Origin: a virus
Taxonomy: Duplodnaviria; Caudoviricetes
Strand: one strand, 5' to 3'
Virus record (IMG/VR): IMGVR_UViG_3300026229_000023
Span: 1 to 51,220 of that record
Length of the DNA: 51,220 bases
Notes under the pieces: generated by a model
Databases searched by the model: none
What the model was told of the DNA's origin: nothing
The model's input: the letters and a program-made list of their open reading frames with translations, nothing else
Translations under genes and position numbers: made by a program
Shown here: piece by piece, positions 28,481 to 37,237 of the stretch
Layout: each line of letters opens with the position of its first letter
Numbering within the stretch: position 1 is the stretch's first letter

Positions 28481-28829
28481 TGTCGTCTTCCTCAGGTTGC
28501 TGCAGCTGCGCCCGCAGCCGCTTCTCGTCAGTGTTGGCCTCGGCGCGCATCTGTGCCTCGCGCTCCGGGCAGCTATCGCGGATGAGGTGCAGCCACCACT
28601 GGCCAGCTTCCTGCCGGCCGATCCGCTGGGACTGTGTCATCGCATTGGGGTTGAACGCGCTGCCGTCCACGTTCATGTTTTGAAGGAACATCCAGACCGT
28701 CCGCCGAGCGGCCGGATCAGCCAAGACTGCGCGTACGTCCTCGCGGAGCCGGGCGTCCTGCAGGTCCGCGATGAGTTCGGCCGATCGGCGCTGCTCTTCC
28801 TCCCGCGGGTCCATGCCGGGGCGCTTCAT
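28473..28829 (-). CDS. Conserved head-region protein (Bbp19-like)
   Basis: DVRAVL..PAARRTVW...GRQEAG motif between portal and scaffold. Confidence 0.65.
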   Translation of the reverse strand: MKRPGMDPREEEQRRSAELIADLQDARLREDVRAVLADPAARRTVWMFLQNMNVDGSAFNPNAMTQSQRIGRQEAGQWWLHLIRDSCPEREAQMRAEANTDEKRLRAQLQQPEEDDNE

Positions 28830-30538
28830 GCGGCACCCTGCATGGCGTCGATCAGCGCCTGGGCCGCCGAGCCTTCCTCGGGCACCGTGTCGCTGGCGGT
28901 CTTCAGTGCTTGGGTCGCATCCTTCAAAGGCTGCGCGGCCGCCGCGAGCTGCTGCTGACGCTGCTGCTGGGCGCGATCGGCACGAATACTGGCCACCGCA
29001 TCGTCGCTGCGGATGATCGAAGCCGGACCACCGACCGCAGTGGTGTACTCGTCGACTACCTGGTCCGCGTCCAGTTTGTCCATCACCGAGGGATCACCGG
29101 TTGCCTTGGCGACGCCAGCAACGAACTGCACCGTTCGCTCGATCGAGCCGACTGCTGCGGCCTTGGCCGCCTGCGCCAGGATGCTGGTGTACTCGATCTT
29201 CAGCGGCAGGTCCGCCAGCACTTGCGGGGGATCGGGAATGCGGCCGGCGCGTTCCAAAAGGCGAAACACGCGGACGATTACTGGGTCGAGAACTTCATCC
29301 GTGATCGACTCCAGCGTGGGCGCCAGCACGGCCGCCTTCTCTTCCTTGCGGGTGGCGATCTCGGTAGCCGTGCGGTCAGTCTTGTCGCCCAGCGCTTCGA
29401 GCATCAAGAACAGCTGATAGAAGAACGCCCGCTGGATGCGGGACTCGATGGTGGCGATCTCTTCGCGGATCTGCTGCAGTCCCCTGGCGTCAGGGGTGTA
29501 GACCGGCGCAACGGTGGCGTTGGTCGAGTCCTGCGGCAAGTAGACCATGCCGCCCTTCCGTAGGCGGGCGCCGCCGGTGCGCTTCAGCGATTCTGGCCCC
29601 CCGAGCGTGGGATCGGAGAGTTGCTCCATCAGGCGCAGCTTCTCGCCCTCCAGGTACTGCAGCTGCTTGATGTCGCCCAAGCAGTCGACCGCGGGGCTGG
29701 TCGAGTAGACGTCTTCCGCCACCGGATTCCAGCGAGCCACCACGAACGGCGCTTCGTAGTGCCCGCCGATGTCCAGAATCCCGTGATCAGCGGTGCCCAC
29801 ACCGTCGATCCAGACCACTTCACGGTAGGGCCGGAACTGCGGCGCCTGCAGCCCCAGCGGGCCGATACCCGGGCGCTCGTTGGGGTTCGGCTCGATCAGC
29901 GATTCCACGATGAACTCGCGGTCGCCATTGTTGGCCAGGCAGTCCCGAACGGTTCGCGGCAGCCGGTCGGCACCGTAGCGCTGCTCCAGTTGCCGGGCAG
30001 TCTTCGTGTACCGGCGCCACAGCGAGTCGACACGCTGCTGGTCGTCCAGCCCCACCGCATAGGTGCCTGCGGTCAGCGAGTAGAACCGGACCACCTCGCG
30101 CGGGTCTTCCAGAATCAGCATCGGCGCGGTGCCGAACAACCCGTCTTCCGTGTAGACGACCGGCATGGCCTTGTAGAAGTTGCTGCTGGCCAAGGCGTCG
30201 CGGATTCGCTGCGCGACGTCGTCCAGCCACACCCGGACGCCAAACTGCTCAGACAGCGACGGGTCCGGCGTCTTGACCAGGAACCATGGCTGCGCCTTCG
30301 GCGTCATGTGGGACATCATGCCGGCCGACATCGTGCGCAGGACCTCGGTCGCGGTGCTGTTGATCACCTTGGCCCGGTTGCGTTTCCTGGGCTTCGTGTC
30401 GGTCTCGCCGTAAAAGCGACCACGCGTTGGGTCCACGTACTCCGACACCTGACGCCAGTCGGTGTTCCAGTCCGTCTGGTTGTCCTTCATGGCCTTCTTG
30501 CGGCGCCGGCAGTGCGCGCGCAGCTCCATCATGTCCAT
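28826..30538 (-). CDS. Portal (head-tail connector) protein
   Basis: PWF...SNFY...GLFGTA...FVVARW...RTATEIATRKEEK...LAP...IEYTSILAQA. Confidence 0.9.
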   Translation of the reverse strand: MDMMELRAHCRRRKKAMKDNQTDWNTDWRQVSEYVDPTRGRFYGETDTKPRKRNRAKVINSTATEVLRTMSAGMMSHMTPKAQPWFLVKTPDPSLSEQFGVRVWLDDVAQRIRDALASSNFYKAMPVVYTEDGLFGTAPMLILEDPREVVRFYSLTAGTYAVGLDDQQRVDSLWRRYTKTARQLEQRYGADRLPRTVRDCLANNGDREFIVESLIEPNPNERPGIGPLGLQAPQFRPYREVVWIDGVGTADHGILDIGGHYEAPFVVARWNPVAEDVYSTSPAVDCLGDIKQLQYLEGEKLRLMEQLSDPTLGGPESLKRTGGARLRKGGMVYLPQDSTNATVAPVYTPDARGLQQIREEIATIESRIQRAFFYQLFLMLEALGDKTDRTATEIATRKEEKAAVLAPTLESITDEVLDPVIVRVFRLLERAGRIPDPPQVLADLPLKIEYTSILAQAAKAAAVGSIERTVQFVAGVAKATGDPSVMDKLDADQVVDEYTTAVGGPASIIRSDDAVASIRADRAQQQRQQQLAAAAQPLKDATQALKTASDTVPEEGSAAQALIDAMQGAA

Positions 30539-30801
30539 CAGCCTCCCCCCAGCACGGTGTTGCGCGGAGCCGTTCCACCCAGCGCGGTTGTAGTCGGTGC
30601 CAGCGATCGATAGGCCACAGAGGACGCGCCGCTACTGGCGTAGGTGCGGCGCTCGTCTTCGGCTTCCTTGCGAGCGCGGCGCACACGGCCGGTCGGATCA
30701 CCCACGGCGGTCTTGGTGATGCCGATCGGGTCGGCGTACTTGCCGGTCTTGTCGCCGAACAGCAGGCCACCCGGATCGATGATCTGGCGCGAGGTGCACA
30801 T
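30538..30801 (-). CDS. Small virion-associated protein starting Met-Cys
   Basis: MCTSRQIIDPGG...TVLGGG; stop overlaps portal ATG. Confidence 0.6.
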   Translation of the reverse strand: MCTSRQIIDPGGLLFGDKTGKYADPIGITKTAVGDPTGRVRRARKEAEDERRTYASSGASSVAYRSLAPTTTALGGTAPRNTVLGGG

Positions 30802-30805
30802 GGCG

Positions 30806-31009
30806 TCAGGCACCCAGCGCAGTCTTGACCGACGCGGTCGGCATCGCCGAGCTGGTGTCACCAGCCAGGATCGTCGACCTGGCGCCGAAGCGCTGGCGCT
30901 GCCGCTGGCGTTCGCGGTCACGCTCGTTCACTGCGGCATCGTCGATCGACTCGGGCGCTACTTCAGGCGCCGCGGCCACCGGCTTCACCTTCGGGGCGGA
31001 GTTGCACAT
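30806..31009 (-). CDS. Small virion-associated protein (T7 gp6.7-like position, Met-Cys start)
   Basis: MCNSAPKVKP...GARSTILAG...KTALGA; AAGGA RBS. Confidence 0.65.
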   Translation of the reverse strand: MCNSAPKVKPVAAAPEVAPESIDDAAVNERDRERQRQRQRFGARSTILAGDTSSAMPTASVKTALGA

Positions 31010-31019
31010 GGGGATTCCT

Positions 31020-32519
31020 TCAGGACAACGGGTTGTAGGGCTCGCCGGCCTGCTGGTCGGCGTGGTCGCGATGTTCCATCGGCGACCCATCGGGGAAGCG
31101 CGGCCGGGGCATCACGGGGTATGCGAACGACAGCACCAGGGCGTCGGCCCGATTGGGGCTCGGCAGGCCGCGGCGCTTCATGTCCTTCTTCGATTCCATC
31201 TGCAGCTTGCCGTCGAGGCGCGGCACGGTTTCCGGTGCCTGCAGCTCGTCGCGCAGCTGCGGGTCTTCGGGGATGGCGCCGCCTTCCTTCAGCCAGTCGC
31301 GGCAGGCTCTCCACATCTCGGCGCGCTTGTTGAGGCAGCCTTGGTCGCCCGACTCGCCCGAGAACCACACCAGGCGCCAGTCGCGACCCATGGTTCGGCC
31401 TGCGGACACGATGCCGGTGCCGAACCCGCCATCGACGAACACAGCGTCGGCCTGATGCTCGTCCTCCAGCTGGGCCAGGATCGCCGCCACCGCCATGTCG
31501 TTGTCGTTCTTGGCCAGCGTGCGCAGCTGCCGATAGGCCAGGCCCTGCCGCAGGCCGATCACCAGCTCGTCGTCGCCTTCCCACGCCGGGTCCAGCGTGA
31601 GGATCTTCGGCGCCCAGCTGTACTGTTCCGGCCGCAGGTGTCGCCCGTAGGCTGCAGCCACGTCCGCCTCGGCGATGAACTGGCGGGCTGACATCGAGGG
31701 GAACAGGCCACGGATACGCACCTTCACCACGTCGCTGTCTTCGCCGTAATCGCGCACCATGCGCTCGGCCTCGACCAGGTTCACACCCTCAACGGTGCGG
31801 CTGTCGATCTGCTCGGTGTCCCAACTCGCCTTGAACCTGCGGAAGCACTCGCGGAAGCGGCCGGTGTTACGCGTGGTGTTGCCGAAGGCGGCCCAGATGA
31901 TCTCGGTGCCCTGGTCGGTCAGAGCGCCCTCGGCCACTTCCCACACCTTGTCGGCGATGGCGGAAGCCTCGTCGAACACCAGCAGGATGCGCCGGCCTTC
32001 GTTGTGCAGACCCGCGAAGGCCTCGGTGTTGTTCTGCGACCACGGCACCGCATCGATGCGCCAGGTCTTGTCGTGGCCAGGGGCGTTGCTGATCAGCGCC
32101 GTGGCTGTCAGCGTGGCCCAGTCCTTGGTGAGGCTGATTTCGTGCCACTTCGACAGTTCCGCCCAGGTCTTGGTGCGCAGCTGGATGTCGGTATTGGCCG
32201 TGACCACGCCGCGGGTGTCCTCGAACGTGTCGAAGGCCCACTTGATCAGCATCGCCACCAGGGCGGACTTACCGATGCCGTGGCCCGAGCCAACGGCCTG
32301 GCGGATTACCTCGCCAGCGTCAGCGGCACCGGCCTGCAGCCTGTTACCGATCTTCTCCAGCCGCCGGCGCTGCCAAGCGCGCAGCTTCTTCCCTTCCAGC
32401 GGACCGCCCTTCACTCCCCAAGGGAAGTTGAACAGCACATAGCCCAGCGGGTCGTGCTGGAACGAGCCGATCGCCTCGACCAGCTCCTGCTCAGCCGTTG
32501 CGGTCGGCTGCGCGCTCAC
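31020..32519 (-). CDS. terL: Terminase large subunit
   Basis: GSGHGIGKS Walker A, LVFDEAS Walker B, LDPAWEGDD and SPNRADAL nuclease motifs. Confidence 0.92.
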   Translation of the reverse strand: MSAQPTATAEQELVEAIGSFQHDPLGYVLFNFPWGVKGGPLEGKKLRAWQRRRLEKIGNRLQAGAADAGEVIRQAVGSGHGIGKSALVAMLIKWAFDTFEDTRGVVTANTDIQLRTKTWAELSKWHEISLTKDWATLTATALISNAPGHDKTWRIDAVPWSQNNTEAFAGLHNEGRRILLVFDEASAIADKVWEVAEGALTDQGTEIIWAAFGNTTRNTGRFRECFRRFKASWDTEQIDSRTVEGVNLVEAERMVRDYGEDSDVVKVRIRGLFPSMSARQFIAEADVAAAYGRHLRPEQYSWAPKILTLDPAWEGDDELVIGLRQGLAYRQLRTLAKNDNDMAVAAILAQLEDEHQADAVFVDGGFGTGIVSAGRTMGRDWRLVWFSGESGDQGCLNKRAEMWRACRDWLKEGGAIPEDPQLRDELQAPETVPRLDGKLQMESKKDMKRRGLPSPNRADALVLSFAYPVMPRPRFPDGSPMEHRDHADQQAGEPYNPLS

Positions 32520-32946
32520 GGGCGGCCCTCAGCTTGTCGGCCAGGTTGTCCTGCACGCCGTGGTCCAGAGCGACGCGCTCGCCGTACTTCTTCGGCTGCA
32601 GCTTGCCGGCGTACCACTTCCGCGCGTCGATCATCAGCTTGGAGCGCTCAACCATGTCGCCGGTCTGCCGCTCCAGCACCTTGCCCTTGCCGTCCTTCTT
32701 CAGCCGCTCGCCCAGCACCGCCTTGTCGGCAATGTCCAGGATCTCCTCGGCCAGCGTGTCTGCCTGCAGCTCACGCGCACGCGCGTAGTGGTTGCGAAAT
32801 GCCTCGTTCTCAGCCAGCCAACGAATAACTGTGGAACGGTTCGGCATCTTCGCCGTGGAACAGATCGTGCGCAGGCTCTTGCCGTCCACCAGCAGTTCGC
32901 AGATGGCGTCGGCCAGCTGCTGGCTGTACTTGCTCGGGCGTGCCAC
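32491..32946 (-). CDS. terS: Terminase small subunit
   Basis: RPSKYS...ICELLVDGKSLRTIC...YARARE...IDARKWYAGKLQPKKYG. Confidence 0.85.
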   Translation of the reverse strand: MARPSKYSQQLADAICELLVDGKSLRTICSTAKMPNRSTVIRWLAENEAFRNHYARARELQADTLAEEILDIADKAVLGERLKKDGKGKVLERQTGDMVERSKLMIDARKWYAGKLQPKKYGERVALDHGVQDNLADKLRAARERAADRNG

Positions 32947-33246
32947 TTACCTACCCTCACCCTTCTGGGCATCAGCGCCCAGCTTTTCGATGGCACCCAG
33001 CTGCCCGTTGCACTGCTCCAGGCTGGCCACGTTGGCGTTGTAGGCCGACACCACGCTCTCGATGGTGCGCTGGGTTGCGCGCTTCACCGGGCAGCGAGCG
33101 GTCAGCGCCGCCGGCACAGCCACGGTGCGCTCGACGGTGACGTACACGGTCTGCGGGATGTCCGGCTTCTGGACCTTGCTGCAGCTGCCAAACCCGCACA
33201 GCGGCAGGGCCGCGGCCAAGATCACAGCAACGGAATGGCGTCGCAT
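32947..33246 (-). CDS. Outer-membrane spanin (Rz1-like lipoprotein)
   Basis: Signal MRRHSVAVILAAALPLCGFGSC; VPAALTARCP; overlaps end of i-spanin. Confidence 0.7.
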   Translation of the reverse strand: MRRHSVAVILAAALPLCGFGSCSKVQKPDIPQTVYVTVERTVAVPAALTARCPVKRATQRTIESVVSAYNANVASLEQCNGQLGAIEKLGADAQKGEGR

Positions 33247-33656
33247 AGGGTCTGCTCCAACTGCTGCCGGCAACCCGGCTGGTTCTTGGCCGCCTGCAGG
33301 GTCTGCTCGGCCTGGGTGGCGCGGCGCTGGCTCTGGGCTGCGGCAGCCTCGGCCAGGCGTGCGGCCTCCTTGGCTGCTTGCTGCTGGCGGGTGGCCTCGT
33401 CGATCGCTCGCTGGGTCTGGCGGTTGACCTCCTGCAGCAGCTGGCCGCAGGCGTTGGCTGCGCGCAGGCTCTCGTCGGCATCGGCCTGGGCCTTGTCGCG
33501 CGCCTTCTCGGCGGCGGCGATCACGGCCTGGTCCTTCTTGGCCCGGTAGTCCGACCCGAGGCGTGCGCCCATGAGCAGCACGGCACCCACAGCGGAGACC
33601 CACAGGCCAGCGCGGATCAGGCCCACATAGGGGCGGATCGGATCAGGGATCAGCAC
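33222..33656 (-). CDS. Inner-membrane spanin (Rz-like)
   Basis: N-terminal TM, coiled coil, C-terminal Cys residues. Confidence 0.7.
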   Translation of the reverse strand: MLIPDPIRPYVGLIRAGLWVSAVGAVLLMGARLGSDYRAKKDQAVIAAAEKARDKAQADADESLRAANACGQLLQEVNRQTQRAIDEATRQQQAAKEAARLAEAAAAQSQRRATQAEQTLQAAKNQPGCRQQLEQTLCDAIPLL

Positions 33657-33865
33657 GGCGGCTTCCTACGCGACAGCACGCGGACGATGACACCCATCAC
33701 GCCCAGGGCGCGGATGCTCCACTTCGCCGGGCCAGGCAGCTCGTCCATCCAGCCCATAGCCGCAATGGCGTCGTAGATGTCCGGGAACATGGTGACCAGG
33801 CCGAACACCCACACCGAGGCGAGTTTCCAAGCCTTGCGCCAGTTGTCGATCAGCTGCAGCTTCAC
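33650..33865 (-). CDS. Putative holin
   Basis: LIDNWRKAWKLASVW motif, two hydrophobic segments, basic C-terminus. Confidence 0.65.
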   Translation of the reverse strand: MKLQLIDNWRKAWKLASVWVFGLVTMFPDIYDAIAAMGWMDELPGPAKWSIRALGVMGVIVRVLSRRKPPC

Positions 33866-34179
33866 TTCAGCCCCCTGAGCTGCTTCAGCTCGCGGATGTC
33901 CTGCTTGTTCTGCTCAACCTGCACGGCCTGCTTGGCCAGCTCGAGCTTCAGCGCCGGCACGTCCGCCAGCTGGGTATTGATGGTCTGCAGCTGCTGCTGC
34001 ACGGTGGTCATCTGCTGGTTCGTGACCTGCTGCTGGGTGAGCACGGCCTGCATCGAGCCGACCAACCAGATGCCGCCGGCGATCGTGAAGCTGGCGAAGG
34101 CGCCAACGATCCACTTTTCGACCGGCCCCAGGGAGATGCGAATGCGGCCGTCCTGGCTCGGCTGGGCTTCCATCGTCAT
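33862..34179 (-). CDS. Lysis-cassette membrane protein (one TM plus coiled coil)
   Basis: WIVGAFASFTIAGGIWLV TM then Gln-rich coil; translationally coupled at both ends. Confidence 0.6.
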   Translation of the reverse strand: MTMEAQPSQDGRIRISLGPVEKWIVGAFASFTIAGGIWLVGSMQAVLTQQQVTNQQMTTVQQQLQTINTQLADVPALKLELAKQAVQVEQNKQDIRELKQLRGLK

Positions 34180-34667
34180 GCGGCCTCACCCACGGCGCCG
34201 CCGGCCTTCCGGTAGATCTGTCGCAGCTTCTCCAGGCTCTGCTCATGCTGGCCGTAGCCGGCGCCTGGCAGGCTGGCCCATTCCTTGGAGCACAGCGCCA
34301 CGGCGCGGTCGAACTGGCCAGCCTTCACCGCATCGAGCGCGCGGCGGCCGCGGATCAGTTCGATGCACGCCTTGTCTTGGCTCAGCGGACCGAAGTCCGG
34401 AAGCTCCAGCCGCGCCTGCAAGGTCGCCCAAGTCCGTTTCAGGAACTGGTACCGGCCTGCCGCGGTGGAGCTGAGCGTGGAATTCAGCCGCACCAGCTTC
34501 GCCGGATGCTTGCTGAGATCGGTAAACAGGCCGCCGCCTACCAGCACGTCGTACCCGTCCCGCTTCGTGGGCTGCCGGCCGTTGTCGGTGCCTTCGGACC
34601 AGGCCAGCATGTCCAGGAACGCTACGACGTTCTTGCCGCCAGCCTCCTCGGGGGTGATCTGTGCCAT
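34176..34667 (-). CDS. Endolysin, lambda R-like (GH104)
   Basis: AFLDMLAWSEGT...STAAGRYQFL...FGPLSQDK...EWASLPGAGYGQ. Confidence 0.92.
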   Translation of the reverse strand: MAQITPEEAGGKNVVAFLDMLAWSEGTDNGRQPTKRDGYDVLVGGGLFTDLSKHPAKLVRLNSTLSSTAAGRYQFLKRTWATLQARLELPDFGPLSQDKACIELIRGRRALDAVKAGQFDRAVALCSKEWASLPGAGYGQHEQSLEKLRQIYRKAGGAVGEAA

Positions 34668-34751
34668 GGGTGGATCTCCGACGATAGGTGCCCGTCACCG
34701 CAGCCCGGCAAGGCTCGGCGAATTGGTCCGGTGAGGGTGGACGGGCATGGA

Positions 34752-34830
34752 TGGTTGCGGGGGCCGGATTCGAACCGGCGAATCTCCGGGTTATGAGCCC
34801 GGCAGCCTGGACCTCTGGCCTACGCCCGCA
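34752..34830 (-). tRNA. Prophage tRNA-Met (CAU), initiator-like, encoded CCA
   Basis: Cloverleaf: anticodon arm CCGGG-CTCATAA-CCCGG, T arm GCCGG-TTCGAAT-CCGGC, 3' ACCA; one extra C in acceptor stem. Confidence 0.8.
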
Positions 34831-34845
34831 GGAAGCGCAGTCCCG

Positions 34846-34880
34846 GAAACGCAGAAGCCCCGACGCAGGGCCGGGGCTTC
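34846..34880 (-). terminator. tR'-like terminator after the putative late promoter
   Basis: GAAGCCCCG...CGGGGCTTC stem followed by TGCGTTTC on -. Confidence 0.55.
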
Positions 34881-34905
34881 AGGGACAATTCTTGACAGTT
34901 GCAGA

Positions 34906-34935
34906 ATTAGGGCATCTGTCTGTGCAACTTGTCAA
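34906..34935 (-). promoter_or_regulatory. Putative late promoter (pR'-like)
   Basis: TTGACA-N18-CCTAAT, downstream -10-like AAGAAT, then a terminator, all after the Q-like gene. Confidence 0.5.
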
Positions 34936-35105
34936 TCCCCATTGCCGGTGGGGAAAGTCTTCCAAGCCTCACGAACCCCAAGCAGGACATCTTTGTACAG
35001 CTGCCCGAGCTGCTTTCCGTCCATCGGTACAGTGCTCTGGTTGATTGCCGCCACGACAATGTCACGGGCGATTTCTTCCTTTGTGCAAGACATATTCGGC
35101 ACCAT
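34932..35105 (-). CDS. Small hypothetical protein
   Basis: MVPNMSCTKEEIARDIVVAAINQS... right after Q-like stop; start uncertain. Confidence 0.4.
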   Translation of the reverse strand: MVPNMSCTKEEIARDIVVAAINQSTVPMDGKQLGQLYKDVLLGVREAWKTFPTGNGD

Positions 35106-35107
35106 GG

Positions 35108-35641
35108 TTACGCGGCGATCCTGCCGCCCATCCAGTCTACCGCCCGCTGCAGCTCCCGGCGGTACTGCCAGACCGACAGCGTGCCGCCGTACTTCTCCGC
35201 CACCATGCGTGCCTTCACTGCCTGACTGGCCGACACCGTGTACTCGGTGTGCAGCACCAGGGCGCGCAGCGGGTGCTGCCGCATCAACGACGCCAGCGCC
35301 TGCTCGACCCACCGCAGTTCATCGGGGATACCAACATCGACGGCGATCTCGGGGTTGTCGTGCGGCTTGTCGGCATCGTTCGTCGACCGCACCGGGTCTA
35401 CTGCCCATGCCGGCAGCATGCCCATGCCCTCCACGCCGCTGCGGTCGGCCATGAATCGCCGGCGGCTGGATCCGTCTCGGCCCACCAGGTCGCGCAGGGC
35501 CCTTTCCCGGGTGCCTGGCGCCATGTCGCGGGCCTTCTCCAGCACGTGCGTGCTGCGGTCAGCGTAGGTCAGCGCGAAGCGGTTGGCCTGAGCGTGGCCC
35601 CAGGCCCGGAGCTGCTGCACCAGGTAGTCGTCAGTCGCCAT
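35108..35641 (-). CDS. Putative late antiterminator (Q-like)
   Basis: LRAWG N-terminus, C-terminal HTH-like ALVLHTEY...YRRELQRAVDW; position before late promoter. Confidence 0.55.
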   Translation of the reverse strand: MATDDYLVQQLRAWGHAQANRFALTYADRSTHVLEKARDMAPGTRERALRDLVGRDGSSRRRFMADRSGVEGMGMLPAWAVDPVRSTNDADKPHDNPEIAVDVGIPDELRWVEQALASLMRQHPLRALVLHTEYTVSASQAVKARMVAEKYGGTLSVWQYRRELQRAVDWMGGRIAA

Positions 35642-35843
35642 CGCGCATTCCCTTCAGCACGTTCTCGTCGAATCGGAACACCGGCAGAAGGCCGTCGGTG
35701 TCGCAGCCGCCCTGCCGGTCCGGCCGGCGCTGGCAATGCGCTGGGCTGCTGCCGCGCTCGCGCATGGTGCAGACGGCGCACACGCCATGCCGGCGCAGGT
35801 AGGCGTTGTATCGCTTCCGCGTGCGGGCCTCTGGCGTGGTCAA
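35631..35843 (-). CDS. Small Cys-rich hypothetical protein
   Basis: TTG start overlapping rusA stop with GGAGG RBS; CAVC...C...C. Confidence 0.55.
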   Translation of the reverse strand: MTTPEARTRKRYNAYLRRHGVCAVCTMRERGSSPAHCQRRPDRQGGCDTDGLLPVFRFDENVLKGMRDGD

Positions 35844-36301
35844 GCTGCGGCCTCCCCGAACAGGGACGGTGCAGCGGCCAGGTACTCGATGGCCACCTCC
35901 AGTCGCGCGCCCTTCTCGTCCGGCTCCATGCGTTCCAGCAGGGTCCGTCGGATCTGCTTGTCGTCCACCCAGGCGATACCGTTCAGAGCATCGGACAGCA
36001 CCTTTTCGCAGTTGCCGAGGTCGATGCACTGCACCGTGTCGTCCCAGGTGTGCGGGTCCTTCCGTGCGCGCTTCGCCCAGTCCTGCGGCCGGTGCGGGAA
36101 CAGCTTGATGTGCAGCACCACGCGGCCGGTCGAGGGAGCGCGGATGCCAGCCGCCTTGGCCAGGAGCCCGACCGCAGCCTTGTAGTTCTTCGCTTCCTCG
36201 GTCACGTAGGTGATCGCCAGCGGCTTCGGCTTCCTCGGGATAACGCGCACGGCCCAGTAACGGTTCGAGCTGATCGGATATGGGAGGGTGAGGTGGATCA
36301 T
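35840..36301 (-). CDS. rusA: RusA-family Holliday junction resolvase
   Basis: LPYPISSNRYW...DLGNCEKVLSDALNGIAWVDDKQI. Confidence 0.85.
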   Translation of the reverse strand: MIHLTLPYPISSNRYWAVRVIPRKPKPLAITYVTEEAKNYKAAVGLLAKAAGIRAPSTGRVVLHIKLFPHRPQDWAKRARKDPHTWDDTVQCIDLGNCEKVLSDALNGIAWVDDKQIRRTLLERMEPDEKGARLEVAIEYLAAAPSLFGEAAA

Positions 36302-36582
36302 CGTGCGGCCTCCTGCAGCTGCAGCCGGGAAAGGGTGACGTTCAGGGCGGCCAGCTCGTCCATCTTCATGACCAGCCACATGCGCTTTTGGCCGTGGATG
36401 CCGTTGAAGCTGCCCTGATGGCAGTCCTTGCACAGGGCCACAGTCGTGAAGTGCTGGCCCTGGTTGATGTGGTGGGCATCGCTGGGCCCAGGGCGACTGC
36501 ACACGCTGCACGGCAGCAGCTTCACGGCGTCCACGTGCCGCTTCTCGGCCTGGGTGAAGGCCTTGGCGTTCTTCGTCCTCAC
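36298..36582 (-). CDS. Zn-binding HNH-like protein (Ref/DUF968-like)
   Basis: LPCSVC...DAHH...ALCKDCHQG...GIHG. Confidence 0.7.
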   Translation of the reverse strand: MRTKNAKAFTQAEKRHVDAVKLLPCSVCSRPGPSDAHHINQGQHFTTVALCKDCHQGSFNGIHGQKRMWLVMKMDELAALNVTLSRLQLQEAAR

Positions 36583-36629
36583 GCGGCCACCCCGGACGGT
36601 AGAATCCGTGCCAACAACAGGGGGGAGTC

Positions 36630-37226
36630 ATGAAACAGGGACGAACAGACCGGGATTGGGCGGTGGTGGCTGTAATGGCCTTTGCCGCAGGTGCTCTTTT
36701 GGCATGGGCTCTGTTGAGCAAACATCCGCCTCAGCCACGCCCACCGATCAGCATTGACTGGCCTGCATGGGTTCAGGCCGTTGGGAGCGTGGGTGCAATA
36801 CTGGCGGCGATTGGAATAGCCGCTCACGAGCGAAGCGTAGCAAGAGCTGAAGAAGCCAAGAAAGACGACTTGGAAATGAAAAGTCGCCACACCCGCGCGA
36901 ATCGGGCGTTGGAGCGATTTCAGAAGGTGATCGCTGAACAGCTCGATTTCGCCCGAACCCAGCAGACGGGAAATGTTCATCCCGAGATCCATCCACTTCC
37001 CCTGCCCGACGAGGTGAAGGACGTGGAGCGAGACTGTTACTTGATGGGTGAAGCCGGCGGGGATTTCCTGACCGTAACTAACTCCTTCCTGGAAGCGCAG
37101 TCTTTGATTAAGGGAGACATTCTTCTTAGAAAGCACGAATGCGCTTTCATTCAGCATCTGGAAAATGCACAGAACATGAGCAATCAGGCGCTTAAGAAGA
37201 TTCGAGAGCCCCTCTGGGAAAAATAG
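36630..37226 (+). CDS. Membrane-anchored hypothetical protein (moron), opposite to flanking operon
   Basis: GGGGAG RBS; two hydrophobic segments incl. DWPAWVQAVGSVGAILAAIGIA; AT-richer codons. Confidence 0.7.
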   Translation: MKQGRTDRDWAVVAVMAFAAGALLAWALLSKHPPQPRPPISIDWPAWVQAVGSVGAILAAIGIAAHERSVARAEEAKKDDLEMKSRHTRANRALERFQKVIAEQLDFARTQQTGNVHPEIHPLPLPDEVKDVERDCYLMGEAGGDFLTVTNSFLEAQSLIKGDILLRKHECAFIQHLENAQNMSNQALKKIREPLWEK

Positions 37227-37237
37227 ATCGCAGTTCA

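Noticed and set aside
34752-34830. Idea that the phage tRNA decodes the ATC start at 21700
   Set aside because: Anticodon CAU reads AUG (or AUA if lysidine-modified), not AUC
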